From assembly GCA_043738565.1 (NCBI GenBank), contig JAYUGA010000323.1, positions 12,895-76,894 of the forward strand: a DNA stretch of 64,000 nt. The letters are read 5' to 3'. This stretch comes from Rhodobacterales bacterium. GTDB taxonomy: Bacteria > Pseudomonadota > Alphaproteobacteria > Rhodobacterales > Rhodobacteraceae. The translations under genes and the position numbers were made by a program. Positions 39,733-50,133 of this stretch are shown here, one piece after another. Numbering within the stretch: position 1 is the first letter of the stretch; each line of letters begins with the position of its first letter. The notes under the pieces are model-generated. The model was not told the origin of the DNA. It ran no database searches and worked only from the letters and a program-made list of their open reading frames with translations.

Positions 39733-40766
39733 CCGACGCCATCCTTTATCCGTTTAACGCGCCCCCCGGCGAAGGTGAGGCGATCAAGGTGGCCCCCGGC
39801 GTCCTCTGGCTGCGCCTGCCGCTGCCCCTGGCGCTGGGCCATGTGAATTGTTACGCGCTGGAGGATGCGGAGGGCTGGACGCTGGTCGATACCGGCATGG
39901 CCAGCAAACGGGGCCGCGCGATCTGGGCAGCGCTGCTGGCCGGGCCATTGCGCGGCAAACCGGTGCGCAGGCTGGTCGTGACCCACCACCACCCCGACCA
40001 CATCGGCCTAGCGGGCTGGTTTCAGGCGCAGGGGGTGGAACTGATCATCCCCCGCACCGCCTGGCTTTACGCCCGCATGCTGACGCTGGACGAACACGCC
40101 CTGCCGCCGCCCGAACAACTGCTGTTCTACCAGCGCGGCGGGATGGACGCGGCGCTGCTCGCCGTCAAGGCAACCGAGCGGCCCTTCAACTTCCGCGATG
40201 TGGTGGCGCCGTTGCCGCTGGGCTTCACCCGGATAAGCGAGGGCGACGTGATCACCGCAGGCGGCAGGCGCTGGTGCGTCAGGCTGGGGCAAGGCCACGC
40301 ACCGGATCACGCGACGCTGTGGAGCCTGGATGACAAACTGATCCTGGGCGGCGATCAGTTCCTGCCGACGATTTCACCCAACATCGGCGTCTATCCCACC
40401 GAACCCGAAGCCGATCCGCTGTCGGGATGGCTGGCCGCCTCGCGCGGCTTTCTGCCCTTTGCGCAGGCGGACCACCTTGTGCTGCCCGGCCACAAACTGC
40501 CCTTCGCCGGCCTGCCGTTCCGGCTGCGCCAGATGGTCGAAAACCACGAAACCGGGCTGATCCGTTTGCAAGCGCACCTCACCACCCCGCGCACGGCCGT
40601 CGAATGTTTTCCTGTCCTCTACCGCCGCGAGATCGGCCCCGCCGACTTTGGTCTGGCACTGGTCGAGGCTATGGCCAACCTGAACTGCCTCTTGCAGCGC
40701 GGCATGGTTTCGCGTTGGCTTGGCACCGAGGGAGCCTGGCACTGGCAGGCAATCGCGGGGGGCTAG
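39729..40766 (+). CDS. MBL-fold metallo-hydrolase
   Basis: GTG start overlapping the upstream stop (GTGA). The metal motif is VVTHHHPDHIGLAG. Confidence 0.8.
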   Translation: MTDAILYPFNAPPGEGEAIKVAPGVLWLRLPLPLALGHVNCYALEDAEGWTLVDTGMASKRGRAIWAALLAGPLRGKPVRRLVVTHHHPDHIGLAGWFQAQGVELIIPRTAWLYARMLTLDEHALPPPEQLLFYQRGGMDAALLAVKATERPFNFRDVVAPLPLGFTRISEGDVITAGGRRWCVRLGQGHAPDHATLWSLDDKLILGGDQFLPTISPNIGVYPTEPEADPLSGWLAASRGFLPFAQADHLVLPGHKLPFAGLPFRLRQMVENHETGLIRLQAHLTTPRTAVECFPVLYRREIGPADFGLALVEAMANLNCLLQRGMVSRWLGTEGAWHWQAIAGG

Positions 40767-40767
40767 A

Positions 40768-41142
40768 ATGGCGAAGGCTGCGACAAAACCTGACAAGGCC
40801 CGCGTCAAATCCGCCGCCGAATGGGCCTATGACCGGGTGATCCTGTATATCCGCGAGTTTGAGAAACATCTGAACGCCGATCAGGAGGTGGCGATGGGCT
40901 TTGCCGGGTCCGACGCCGGCGTGCTGCGGATCGAGGGTATGGGCTTTTGCGCGCCCGACATCCTGACCTTTTATGGCCGCGACGAAGACGGCGCCAGAAC
41001 CCAGTTGATCCAGCATGTCAGCCAGTTGTCGGTGATGCTGCACGCCCGCCCCAAAGCCGACCCGACCGAGGCGCCGCGCCGCATCGGGTTTCGCCTGAAC
41101 GCAGGCTGGAGCGGCGGCGAATCGGGCGACGGATCGGCCTGA
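40768..41142 (+). CDS. Conserved hypothetical protein
   Basis: 124 aa from internal ATG 40768 (MAKAATKPDKARVKSAAEWAYDRVILYIREFE...) with GC3-rich codons. Confidence 0.55.
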   Translation: MAKAATKPDKARVKSAAEWAYDRVILYIREFEKHLNADQEVAMGFAGSDAGVLRIEGMGFCAPDILTFYGRDEDGARTQLIQHVSQLSVMLHARPKADPTEAPRRIGFRLNAGWSGGESGDGSA

Positions 41143-41237
41143 TCACCACCGGGCCGCAGGATTCCGCCTTGCCCCCGTGACAGGGCCGATTTATTCCGGT
41201 AAGCGCAATCAAACGGATCAATCAAGGGGTTGGCATC

Positions 41238-41372
41238 ATGGCCGAATACAAACCGGGCAGCATGGATATCCGCGCCAAGGAAAAGGCGTTTGCAGGCTTT
41301 ATCCGCATGGTCACCTGGGGCGCGTGTATCGCGGTCCTGATTCTGATCGTGATGGCGCTGGCCGACGCGTGA
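41238..41372 (+). CDS. aa3-type cytochrome c oxidase subunit IV-like small membrane protein
   Basis: 44-aa ORF below the ORF-track cutoff (MAEYKPGSMDIRAKEKAFAGFIRMVTWGACIAVLILIVMALADA). The pattern matches the short bacterial COX IV family as I recall it (MDI..qEktf.gF, then one TM helix). Confidence 0.55.
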   Translation: MAEYKPGSMDIRAKEKAFAGFIRMVTWGACIAVLILIVMALADA

Positions 41373-41420
41373 CCCTGCGCCGGACGCGCGTTCCCCTGCC
41401 CCGCAACCGAGGATAGCCTG

Positions 41421-42044
41421 ATGTTCCGCGTGATGATGAGCCTGGTTGTCCTGCTGGTGCTGGCCGCCTGTGGTGCCGACAACAAATGGGCTAGCGATGA
41501 TGCAGTGGCGCGGGCGCGCTATGTCGATCCGGGCCGGCCGTCGATCACCCTGTTCACCTCGGTCAACACCCGCTCCAACACCGGGGCGCACAGCGGCCTG
41601 CTGATCAACGGCTCGCAGCGCGTGCTGTGGGATCCGGCAGGCTCGTTCGAACAGCCCAGCGTGCCGGAACGCAAGGACGTGCTGTATGGCATAACGCCGG
41701 TCATGCTCAGCTATTACGTCGATTTCCAGGGCACCGCGCCGTTTCAGGTGGTCGAACAGACCGTCTATGTGACGCCCGAAGTGGCCGAGCGGGCGATGCA
41801 GGCGGCGATTGCGCATGGCGCAGTGCCCAAGGCAGAATGCACCCGCGGGATTCTGGCGGTGCTGGACGGCGTGCCGGGGTTCGAGGGCCTGCCCGACACC
41901 TGGTTCCCGCGGGCGCTGTCCAAAGGGTTCGGCAAACTGCCCGGCGTGGTGGAGCGGACCCTGTCCTCGACCGATGGCGTGCTGAAACGCAGCCTGCCGG
42001 GTGCGCCGCTGTCGCCGCCGCCACCCGCGCCTGCGGCCGGGTGA
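41421..42044 (+). CDS. Putative lipoprotein, function unknown
   Basis: 207 aa with a lipobox-like signal (LVLLVLAAC|G) and a Pro-rich C-terminus. Confidence 0.6.
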   Translation: MFRVMMSLVVLLVLAACGADNKWASDDAVARARYVDPGRPSITLFTSVNTRSNTGAHSGLLINGSQRVLWDPAGSFEQPSVPERKDVLYGITPVMLSYYVDFQGTAPFQVVEQTVYVTPEVAERAMQAAIAHGAVPKAECTRGILAVLDGVPGFEGLPDTWFPRALSKGFGKLPGVVERTLSSTDGVLKRSLPGAPLSPPPPAPAAG

Positions 42045-42092
42045 TCCGGTCGGCCCGGCTTGACCCATGATACATTCGGGCTGACTGGGGGG

Positions 42093-42683
42093 ATGGTGCG
42101 GATATTCGGGGTGATCCTAGCCGGTGGTCAGGGGCGGCGGATGGGCGGGGCCGACAAGGCGCTGCTGTCCCTCGCCGGGCAAAGCCTGATCGCCCGCGTC
42201 GTGGACCGGTTGGAACCGCAGGTCGAGGCGCTGGCGATCTCGGCCAATGGCGACCCTGACCGCTTTGCCAGCCTCGGCCTGCCCGTCCTGCCTGACCGTA
42301 CCTCCTACGGCCCGCTGTCCGGCATCCTTGCCGCCATGATCTGGGCCGCCCCGCGCGGGGCCACAGCCGTCGTGTCCGCCCCGGTCGACTGCCCGTTTCT
42401 GCCGCAAGACCTGGTGCCGCGCCTGAGCCTTGCCGCCGAATCCACCGGCACGGCCCTTGCCGCCAGCGCTGGCATTCTGCATCCGACCTTCGGCCTGTGG
42501 CCCGTCACGCTTGCACCCGCCCTTGCCGTCTTCCTCGCCTCCGGTGCCAAAGCCCGGGTCCGCGACTTTGCCAATGCCCAACACGCCGCCCGTTCCGATT
42601 TCCCCGAAGACGGTGGGTTCGCCAACGCCAACACGCCCGAAGACCTGCGCCGCTTCGAGGCCCTGATCCGGGGTGGGCCATGA
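42093..42683 (+). CDS. mobA: Molybdenum cofactor guanylyltransferase
   Basis: Start at internal ATG 42093 (MVRIFGVILAGGQGRRMGGADKALL). Confidence 0.85.
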   Translation: MVRIFGVILAGGQGRRMGGADKALLSLAGQSLIARVVDRLEPQVEALAISANGDPDRFASLGLPVLPDRTSYGPLSGILAAMIWAAPRGATAVVSAPVDCPFLPQDLVPRLSLAAESTGTALAASAGILHPTFGLWPVTLAPALAVFLASGAKARVRDFANAQHAARSDFPEDGGFANANTPEDLRRFEALIRGGP

Positions 42684-43174
42684 AAGTCTACGGCATCATC
42701 GGCTGGAAAAACGCCGGCAAGACCGGGCTGATGGAGCGTCTGGTTTCCGCGATCACCGCCCGGGGGTTCACCGTATCGACCGTCAAACATGTCCACCATG
42801 ACGTCGATCTGGACCAGCCCGGCAAGGACACCTTTCGCCACCGCCTTGCCGGTGCCGCCGAAGTCGTCCTCGCCTCTGCCCACCGCTTTGCCATCCTGCA
42901 CGAACATCGCGGCCCGGAACCTGACCTGGCCACGATCCTGACCCGCCTGGCCCCGGTCGATCTGGTGCTGGTCGAAGGCTACAAACGCGATGCCCATCCC
43001 AAGATCGAAGTGTTCCGGCACCAGACCGGCCAAAGCCTGATTCAGCCCACCGATGCCCTGATCCGCGCCGTGGCGACCGATGCCACCCTGCCGCCGCTGC
43101 CAGTGCCAGTGCTGGACCTGAACGATACCGAGGCCATCGCCCGCTTCATCCTGCACGAGACTGGCCTTGCCTGA
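42680..43174 (+). CDS. mobB: Molybdopterin-guanine dinucleotide biosynthesis adapter protein
   Basis: Start at 42680, overlapping the mobA stop (ATGA). The Walker A-like motif is GWKNAGKTGL. It also has VKHVHHD. Confidence 0.85.
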   Translation: MKVYGIIGWKNAGKTGLMERLVSAITARGFTVSTVKHVHHDVDLDQPGKDTFRHRLAGAAEVVLASAHRFAILHEHRGPEPDLATILTRLAPVDLVLVEGYKRDAHPKIEVFRHQTGQSLIQPTDALIRAVATDATLPPLPVPVLDLNDTEAIARFILHETGLA

Positions 43175-43766
43175 CCGCCTTGCCGCCACCCTGCAAACCG
43201 GCTTGCCGGGTCATCTGCGCCCGCAGGCGGCGCGGCTCTACTGGCAGGCGTTTGGCGGCAAACTCGGGCTGGTGCTGGGGCCGGAACCCCGCGCCCTGCG
43301 GTTTTTGCAGCGGGTGATGCGGCTGGATCATGTCATCTGTGCCATCGGCCCGGACGGAGCGCTGTTGGGCATCGCCGGCTTCAAGACGCCCGAGGGCAGC
43401 TTTGCAGCGGGCAAGGCCGCTGACCTCACCGCGATTTACGGGCGGTTCGGCGGGTTCTGGCGCCGGGTGCTGCTGGGCTGGCTGTCTGACGACATCGACA
43501 ACAGCCGCTTCCTGCTCGACGGGCTGTGTGTGCAGGCCGAGATGCGCAGCCTTGGCCTTGGCGCGGCCCTCTTGGACGCCATCGCCGACGAGGCGCGCGC
43601 CCGGGGCTACACCGAGGTCCGGCTGGACGTGATCGACAGCAACTGGCGCGCCGTGGCCTTGTACAAACGCCAGGGCTTCACCGTCACCCGCCACCAGCAC
43701 ATCGGCCTGTTGCGCCATGTCTTCGGCTTTTCCTCCGCCACCACAATGGTGCGCCAACTGGAGTGA
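43167..43766 (+). CDS. GNAT-family N-acetyltransferase
   Basis: 199 aa with the motif VQAEMRSLGLGAALLDAI and a C-terminal ALYKRQGF. Confidence 0.8.
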   Translation: MPDRLAATLQTGLPGHLRPQAARLYWQAFGGKLGLVLGPEPRALRFLQRVMRLDHVICAIGPDGALLGIAGFKTPEGSFAAGKAADLTAIYGRFGGFWRRVLLGWLSDDIDNSRFLLDGLCVQAEMRSLGLGAALLDAIADEARARGYTEVRLDVIDSNWRAVALYKRQGFTVTRHQHIGLLRHVFGFSSATTMVRQLE

Positions 43767-43795
43767 CAGGCTAGGCCACTAAAACTAAACTCTGA

Positions 43796-43894
43796 TTTCG
43801 CCTTACATATTGGTCCAAATATCCCGCGGGTCGAGCCAGTGTTTCGCCATTGGTCCGAAAAGCGCTGGCGAGGGGGGGTGAAACCCCCGGCGCT
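43796..43894 (+). repeat. Intergenic repeat family copy (box, half-box duplication, hairpin)
   Basis: A 26-mer identical to the 29979-30004 copy. It has a second degenerate half-box GTTTCGCCATTGGTCCGAAAA. The hairpin AGCGC..GGGGGT-GAA-ACCCCC..GCGCT ends at 43894. Confidence 0.8.
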
Positions 43895-43911
43895 TGACCT
43901 CAGGTACCACC

Positions 43912-44928
43912 CTAGTCAAACGTCCCCGTCACCCGCCCGAACAGCATGAACGCTCGCGCCGTCCGCGTTTCGGCCAGGTCGGACAGTTCGGCATCACTGG
44001 CATTGGGCTCGAACGCCGCAAAGGTCTTGTCGAACGAGCGCAGAAAATGGTGCGCCGCATCCCGAAACACCGCATCCTCGCGCATCCGCCCCGCTGTCAG
44101 CGCCAGACTGGACCGATCCCGGATACCGCCCAAAGCCGCAATCGTCCGGCCGCGCTCGCCCCCGGCAAACTTGCGCCACACCTCTGGCCGCGCCCGGTCG
44201 GGCTTCAGATCGTCCATATAGATGCCCTCCTGGCTCAGCAGCGTCAGCACATCCTGCGCTGCGCGGATCAGCTTGGCCGTGCTGCGATCCTCCAGCGCCA
44301 GCCGCAGGGCGCGGAACCCCGGCTTGTCATCGGGGTTTTCGGGAAATTGCAGCGCGGTGATGAAATCCGCCACCGACAACGGTGCCCGCAGGTCCTCGGC
44401 CGGGGTGCCCAGGGCCAGACCCGGCTGCTCTTCACTCGCCAAGGGCCGCGGCACCGCCAGCGCCGCCTTGCGGTCGGCCGAGGGCACCGACAGCGCGGTA
44501 TCCCGCCGCGAACTGAAGGTGGCCAGCGCGGATTCGGTATGCCGGGCCGAGGCCGCCAATTCGTCCAGCTTGCGCTCGACCGAGGGTTTCAGCGCCGCCG
44601 CCGTCGCCGCCTGCTGGCTTTGCACATAGGCCAGCCGCATCGCATCGACCGTCGCCTGCAACCGCGCCGCCTCGACCCGCAGCGCCCGAACCGAGCGCAG
44701 CGTCGTCACCGCCGCCCAGATCAGCGCCAGCGGCAGGAACACGATCAGCAGGGTCAGCACCAGCCCCAGCGACCCGGTGTCCTGCGGCCCGGTCCAGACA
44801 TAGGCCGCCACCGCGACGACCCAGACCACCGACATCGCCGCCGCCATCCAGTCCATCGCACTGAACCCGGCGGGGCCGGTGGCGGTGATGCGCCCGAAAT
44901 CGAGCGGTGGGTCTTCCGGCTTGGTCAC
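43912..44928 (-). CDS. Conserved hypothetical membrane-anchored protein
   Basis: 338 aa with two N-terminal TM helices, then a coiled-coil-like region and a soluble C-terminal domain. GC3-rich codons. Confidence 0.65.
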   Translation of the reverse strand: MTKPEDPPLDFGRITATGPAGFSAMDWMAAAMSVVWVVAVAAYVWTGPQDTGSLGLVLTLLIVFLPLALIWAAVTTLRSVRALRVEAARLQATVDAMRLAYVQSQQAATAAALKPSVERKLDELAASARHTESALATFSSRRDTALSVPSADRKAALAVPRPLASEEQPGLALGTPAEDLRAPLSVADFITALQFPENPDDKPGFRALRLALEDRSTAKLIRAAQDVLTLLSQEGIYMDDLKPDRARPEVWRKFAGGERGRTIAALGGIRDRSSLALTAGRMREDAVFRDAAHHFLRSFDKTFAAFEPNASDAELSDLAETRTARAFMLFGRVTGTFD

Positions 44929-44943
44929 TCTGTCACCCGACTC

Positions 44944-45414
44944 TCAGATGAAACGAATGCTCAGGATTTCATAATTGCGCTGGCCGCCCGGCGATTTGAC
45001 CTCGACCGAATCGCCCGCGTCCTTGCCGATCAAAGCCCGCGCCAGGGGCGAGCGGATGTTCAGCAACCCGTTCTCGATATCCGCCTCCGGCTCGCCAACA
45101 ATCTGGTAACTCTTTTCCTCGCCCGAATCCTCATCGGCCAGCTTGACGGTCGCACCGAATTTGACCGACCCCGAGAACCTGGTCGGATCAATCACCTCGG
45201 CCAGCGACACCAGCGCCTCCAGCTCCTTGATCCGGCCCTCGATGAAGCTCTGCTTTTCGCGCGCGGCGTGGTATTCGGCGTTTTCCGACAGATCGCCATG
45301 CTCGCGGGCTTCCGCAATGGCGCGGATCACGGCGGGGCGTTCCACCGATTTCAGCAGCTTCAACTCGTCGTCCAGCGCGATAAAGCCGCGCCGGGTCATC
45401 GGAATTTTGTCCAT
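44944..45414 (-). CDS. greA: Transcription elongation factor GreA
   Basis: Start at the internal ATG ([22 protein letters not shown]...[16 protein letters not shown]). Confidence 0.95.
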   Translation of the reverse strand: MDKIPMTRRGFIALDDELKLLKSVERPAVIRAIAEAREHGDLSENAEYHAAREKQSFIEGRIKELEALVSLAEVIDPTRFSGSVKFGATVKLADEDSGEEKSYQIVGEPEADIENGLLNIRSPLARALIGKDAGDSVEVKSPGGQRNYEILSIRFI

Positions 45415-45666
45415 CATTCCACTCGCGCAAATAACCAGGCTGCAAACAACAAGGCCACGGTCCGGGCGGGACCATGACCTTGTGCTGCTGGCTTCACAAA
45501 AGCCCCATGACCGCACAGATTGCAAGGGGCAGGACGCGAATTAACGGCACAAGGTCGCGCAAGTGGTAGAATATTGCCGCCAGCCCGCAACGCTGTGCCC
45601 CGATTGACCCCGCCTGCGCCTTGGGGCAATGACAAAGGGCAGATTTCGGGACCGAAGGGGAAGACC

Positions 45667-47322
45667 ATGCCGCAGGACGTGACCCGCGAAGAGATGGACT
45701 ATGATGTGGTGATCGTCGGCGCCGGTCCCTCGGGCCTGTCCGCCGCCATTCGCCTCAAGCAGCTTGACCCCAGCCTGTCGGTGGTGGTGCTGGAAAAGGG
45801 CTCAGAGGTCGGGGCGCATATCCTGTCCGGCGCGGTTCTGGACCCTGTGGGCCTTGATGCGCTGATCCCGGACTGGAAAGCGCGTGGTGCGCCGGTCACG
45901 GTGCCGGTCACCGAAGATAATTTCTACATCCTCGGTGCCGCCGGGAAAGTCCGCATCCCGAACTGGCCAATGCCCAAACTGATGAGCAACCACGGCAACT
46001 ACATCGTCTCGATGGCCAATGTCTGCCGCTGGCTGGCCCAGCAGGCCGAGGCGCTTGGCGTCGAGATTTTCCCCGGCATGGCCTGTTCCGAACTGGTTTA
46101 TGGCGACACTGGCGAAGTGCGCGGCGTGGTGGCGGGTGAAATGGGTTTGGCCAGCGATGGCACGCCCGGCCCCGCCTACGAACCCGGACTGGCGCTGATC
46201 GGCAAATACGTCTTCCTGTCCGAAGGCGTGCGCGGATCGCTGGCGAAACAGGTCATGGCGAAATACGACCTGAGCCACGGCAAATCGCCACAGAAGTTCG
46301 GGCTGGGCATGAAGGAAATCTGGGAGATTGACCCGGCCAAACACCACGCCGGCCGCGTCACCCACACGATGGGCTGGCCGTTGGGGTCGAACGCCGGCGG
46401 TGGCAGCTTTATCTATCACCTTGAAGGCAATCAGGTTTATGTCGGTTTCGTCGTCCACCTGAACTACCAGAACCCGCACCTCTACCCTTACATGGAATTC
46501 CAGCACTTCAAACATCACCCGATGGTCGCCGACCTGCTGAAGGGCGGCAAGCGGGTGGCTTACGGTGCCCGCGCCATCAGCGAGGGCGGCTGGCAGTCGA
46601 TCCCCAAGATGGTCGCTCCGGGCGTGGCCCTCTTGGGTTGCACCGCTGGCCTCGTCAACCTCCCCCGCATCAAGGGCAACCACAACGCCATGCTGTCCGG
46701 CATTGCCGCCGCCGAAGCCGCCGTTGCCGCGATCAGGGCAGGTCGCCGCGGTGACGAGCTTTCCGATTACGAAACGGACGTTCGCAATGGCGCGATTGGC
46801 AAGGATCTGAAAAAGGTCCGCAACGTCAAACCCTTGTGGTCCAACTACGGCCTCATCGCCTCGCTGCTGGGCGGCGGCTTTGACATGTGGACCAACTCGC
46901 TGTTCGGCCTGTCGATCTTTGGCACCATGCGCCACCGCAAGACCGACGCCGCCGCCACCGGCCTTGCCGCGAAATTCAAACCCATCGACTACCCCAAACC
47001 CGATGGCATCCTCAGCTTCGACCGCCTGACCAACCTCGCCTTTTCGGCCACCAACCACGACGCCAACCAGCCCGCCCACCTGAAACTGACCGACCCCACG
47101 ATCCCGATCTCGGTCAACCTGCCGCAATATGCCGAACCCGCGCAACGCTACTGCCCGGCAGGCGTCTTCGAGGTCATCGCCGAACCCGGTAAAGAACCGC
47201 GCTTTCAGATCAACTTCCAGAACTGCGTCCACTGCAAGACCTGCGACATCAAGGACCCGAGCCAGAACATCACCTGGACCACGCCAATGGGCGGCGGCGG
47301 CCCGAACTATCCCAACATGTAA
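45667..47322 (+). CDS. Electron-transfer flavoprotein:ubiquinone oxidoreductase
   Basis: Start at 45667. The FAD motif is DVVIVGAGPSGLSAAIRL. The C-terminal 4Fe-4S region is CPAGVFE...CVHCKTCDIKDP. Confidence 0.95.
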   Translation: MPQDVTREEMDYDVVIVGAGPSGLSAAIRLKQLDPSLSVVVLEKGSEVGAHILSGAVLDPVGLDALIPDWKARGAPVTVPVTEDNFYILGAAGKVRIPNWPMPKLMSNHGNYIVSMANVCRWLAQQAEALGVEIFPGMACSELVYGDTGEVRGVVAGEMGLASDGTPGPAYEPGLALIGKYVFLSEGVRGSLAKQVMAKYDLSHGKSPQKFGLGMKEIWEIDPAKHHAGRVTHTMGWPLGSNAGGGSFIYHLEGNQVYVGFVVHLNYQNPHLYPYMEFQHFKHHPMVADLLKGGKRVAYGARAISEGGWQSIPKMVAPGVALLGCTAGLVNLPRIKGNHNAMLSGIAAAEAAVAAIRAGRRGDELSDYETDVRNGAIGKDLKKVRNVKPLWSNYGLIASLLGGGFDMWTNSLFGLSIFGTMRHRKTDAAATGLAAKFKPIDYPKPDGILSFDRLTNLAFSATNHDANQPAHLKLTDPTIPISVNLPQYAEPAQRYCPAGVFEVIAEPGKEPRFQINFQNCVHCKTCDIKDPSQNITWTTPMGGGGPNYPNM

Positions 47323-47451
47323 ACCGCCCGCCCCGATCACCAAGAGTTGCGCCAGTATGTGCAAGCCGGGCGGCAAAGCCTGCCGCCCCGCATTGCCCTC
47401 GGGCTACCTTCCCTTTAGCCTTGTCGCCAAGCCCCAAAGGAGCCGCAGTTT

Positions 47452-49191
47452 ATGCCCAGCCGCCTTGCCCTGCCCCTAGCCTGCGTTCTGTCCCTTGGGG
47501 CGGCTTTGGCGAGTTTCGGCTCCGCCGATGCCGAGACGGCAAAACCCGCCGCCGAAATTGCCGACACCGCCGGGGCCTATCTGGCCGCGCGACAAGCTGC
47601 CGGCACGTATGACTTCACCGAAGCCGCCAAATGGTACGACCGCGCCTTGCCCGCCGATCCCGGCAACCCGACCCTGCTGGAAGGCGCCGTCACCGCCTAT
47701 CTCGCCATTGGCAATGTCACCCTGGCCGCCGAAAAGGCCCGCCTCTTGGCCGCGACCGGCTCGAAAAGCCAGATCGGCTTTCTGGCGATCTTGGCCGCCG
47801 ACACCCGCGCCGGTGATTTCGCCACGATCATCCGCAGCGAAAAGGCCGGGAATTCCATCGGCGTGCTGGCTGATGGCCTTGTCACCGCCTGGGCAGAGGT
47901 CGGCACCGGCAAGGTTTCCGAAGCCCTGGCCGATTTCGACAAGATCATCGCCACCCCCGGGATGGCGGCGTTCGGCACCTATCACAAGGCGCTGGCCCTC
48001 GCCTCGACCGGCGATTTCGAAGGGGCCGACAAACTGCTGTCCGGCCCCGGTGGCGATGCCATCGCCCAATTGCGGCGCGGCGTGATGGCGCGGATCGAAA
48101 TTCTCAGCCAGCTCGAACGCAATGCCGATGCGGTGGCGCTGATCGACAAAGCCTATGGCACCCGGATGGACCAGGGCATGGCCGATCTGCGCAAACGGCT
48201 GGTGGCGGGCGAACCCATCGCCTTTGACGCCGCCCGCAACGCAACCGACGGTCTGGCAGAAGTGTTCTTCACCATCGCCACCGCCGTCGGCGATCAGGCC
48301 GATGACACCTATACCCTGCTCTACGCCCGCGCAGCCGCCGCGCTGCGCCCCGATCATGTCGAAGCCCAGTTGATGACCGCCCGCATTCTGCAAAAGCTGG
48401 GGCAGTTCGATCTGGCCACCACGGCCTTTGCCACGATCCCGCCGACCGATGGGGCCTATGTCTCCGCCATGATCGGTCAGGCCGAATCCGCGATCGCCTC
48501 CGACCGGCTGGGCGATGCCGTCGCGCTTCTGCAAAGCCTCGCAACCGAAAGGCCCGCCGATCTTGACGTGCAGGTTGCGCTTGGCGATGCCCTGCACCGG
48601 CAGGACCGCTGCGATCTGGCGATCCGGGCCTATGACGCGGCGATTGCGATCCTTGGCCCGCCCGCCGCCAACAACTGGCCGCTCTATTACAAGCGCGCCA
48701 ATTGCCAGAGCGTCGTGAAAAACTGGCCTGCCGCCGAGGCGGACTACCGCCTCGCCCTGAAACTCGACCCGGCCGAGCCGCGTCTGTTGAACGAACTCGG
48801 CTACAGCTATGTCGACCGCGGCGAAAACCTGGACGCGGCGCTGAAGATGATCCAGCAGGCCGTGGCGATCAGCCCCGACACCGGCTATATCGTCGACAGC
48901 CTGGCCTGGGCCTATTTCCGCCTTGGCCGTTACGCCGATGCCGTGGTGCCGATGGAGAAAGCCTCGCTCTTGATGCCGGTTGACCCGGTCGTCACCGACC
49001 ATCTCGGCGATGTCTACTGGTCGGTTGGCCGCAAGCGCGAGGCACAGTTCCAATGGCACCGCGCCCTGTCCTACAAGCCCGAGGACAAGGATGCCGTCCG
49101 CATTCAGCGCAAGCTGGAGGTCGGTCTGGATCAGGTGCTGCAAGAGGAAAAGGCGGCCCCGGCAAGCACCTCAGGCACCAATGGCGGTTGA
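47452..49191 (+). CDS. Periplasmic tetratricopeptide-repeat protein
   Basis: 579 aa with the signal peptide [27 protein letters not shown] and multiple TPR-like A/L/Y-rich repeats. Confidence 0.8.
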   Translation: MPSRLALPLACVLSLGAALASFGSADAETAKPAAEIADTAGAYLAARQAAGTYDFTEAAKWYDRALPADPGNPTLLEGAVTAYLAIGNVTLAAEKARLLAATGSKSQIGFLAILAADTRAGDFATIIRSEKAGNSIGVLADGLVTAWAEVGTGKVSEALADFDKIIATPGMAAFGTYHKALALASTGDFEGADKLLSGPGGDAIAQLRRGVMARIEILSQLERNADAVALIDKAYGTRMDQGMADLRKRLVAGEPIAFDAARNATDGLAEVFFTIATAVGDQADDTYTLLYARAAAALRPDHVEAQLMTARILQKLGQFDLATTAFATIPPTDGAYVSAMIGQAESAIASDRLGDAVALLQSLATERPADLDVQVALGDALHRQDRCDLAIRAYDAAIAILGPPAANNWPLYYKRANCQSVVKNWPAAEADYRLALKLDPAEPRLLNELGYSYVDRGENLDAALKMIQQAVAISPDTGYIVDSLAWAYFRLGRYADAVVPMEKASLLMPVDPVVTDHLGDVYWSVGRKREAQFQWHRALSYKPEDKDAVRIQRKLEVGLDQVLQEEKAAPASTSGTNGG

Positions 49192-50011
49192 GGCTTTCGC
49201 CCGCGCCAAGATCAACCTTGCCCTGCATGTGACCGGGCGGCGCGGCGACGGCTATCACCTCATCGACAGCATGGTAGCCTTTGCCGATCTGGGCGACCGG
49301 GTCACGGTAGAGCCTGCCAAAACCCTGACCCTGCACCTCACCGGACCCTACGCCGCAGACCTGTCCGCTGCCGACAACCTGTGCCTGAAAGCCGCCCGCG
49401 CCCTGCACCCGACCCGCAGCGCCCGCATCACGCTGGAAAAACACCTGCCGGTGGCTTCCGGCATCGGCGGCGGTTCCGCCGATGCGGCGGCGGTGCTGAA
49501 AGCCCTGGCGCAACTCTGGGATCTGCCGCTGCCACCCTCCGCAACCATCCTTGCCCTGGGCGCTGATGTCCCGGTCTGCCTTGCAGGCCATGCCGCGCGG
49601 ATGCAGGGCGTCGGCGACCAGATCACCCCAATACCCCTGCCCGAGGCGTGGCTCGTCCTCGCCAACCCCGGCATCGCAGTTGCGACCGCCGATGTCTTCC
49701 GCACCCTGCAACACCGCGCGAACCCGCCTCTGCAACCCCTGCCAGCGTTGCCCGATGTCGCTATCCTCGCGATCTATCTGCAAGCCCAGCGCAACGATCT
49801 CGAGCCCCCGGCCCGCCACCTCGCCCCGATCCTCACCGAGGTCATCGCCAGCCTCAGAACCCAACCCGGCTGCCTCTTTGCCCGCATGTCCGGCTCCGGC
49901 GCCACCTGCTTCGGCCTCTTTGCCGATGAAGACAGCGCCTTCCGGGCCGCCAGCATGCTCGGACATGGCCACAAACACTGGTGGATCAAGGCTGCCCGCC
50001 TGTCCCCCTGA
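49181..50011 (+). CDS. ispE: 4-(cytidine 5'-diphospho)-2-C-methyl-D-erythritol kinase
   Basis: Start at 49181 ([26 protein letters not shown]). The GHMP motif is [15 protein letters not shown]. Confidence 0.9.
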   Translation: MAVEAFARAKINLALHVTGRRGDGYHLIDSMVAFADLGDRVTVEPAKTLTLHLTGPYAADLSAADNLCLKAARALHPTRSARITLEKHLPVASGIGGGSADAAAVLKALAQLWDLPLPPSATILALGADVPVCLAGHAARMQGVGDQITPIPLPEAWLVLANPGIAVATADVFRTLQHRANPPLQPLPALPDVAILAIYLQAQRNDLEPPARHLAPILTEVIASLRTQPGCLFARMSGSGATCFGLFADEDSAFRAASMLGHGHKHWWIKAARLSP

Positions 50012-50018
50012 TCCCATA

Positions 50019-50076
50019 CACATTGGCGCAAATATCCCCGCCGGAGGCACCGGAGACAAGCGGCTGCTTCAGCCGC
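50019..50076 (+). repeat. Intergenic repeat family copy (box followed by a different hairpin)
   Basis: A 22-mer identical to the 36816-36837 copy, followed by the hairpin GCGGCTG-CTT-CAGCCGC (50060-50076). Confidence 0.7.
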
Positions 50077-50133
50077 GCAGCCGACTGAAAAACCGCGCGA
50101 CGCAGCCGCTCCGCTGGAGCAGCCGCCTCAGCC

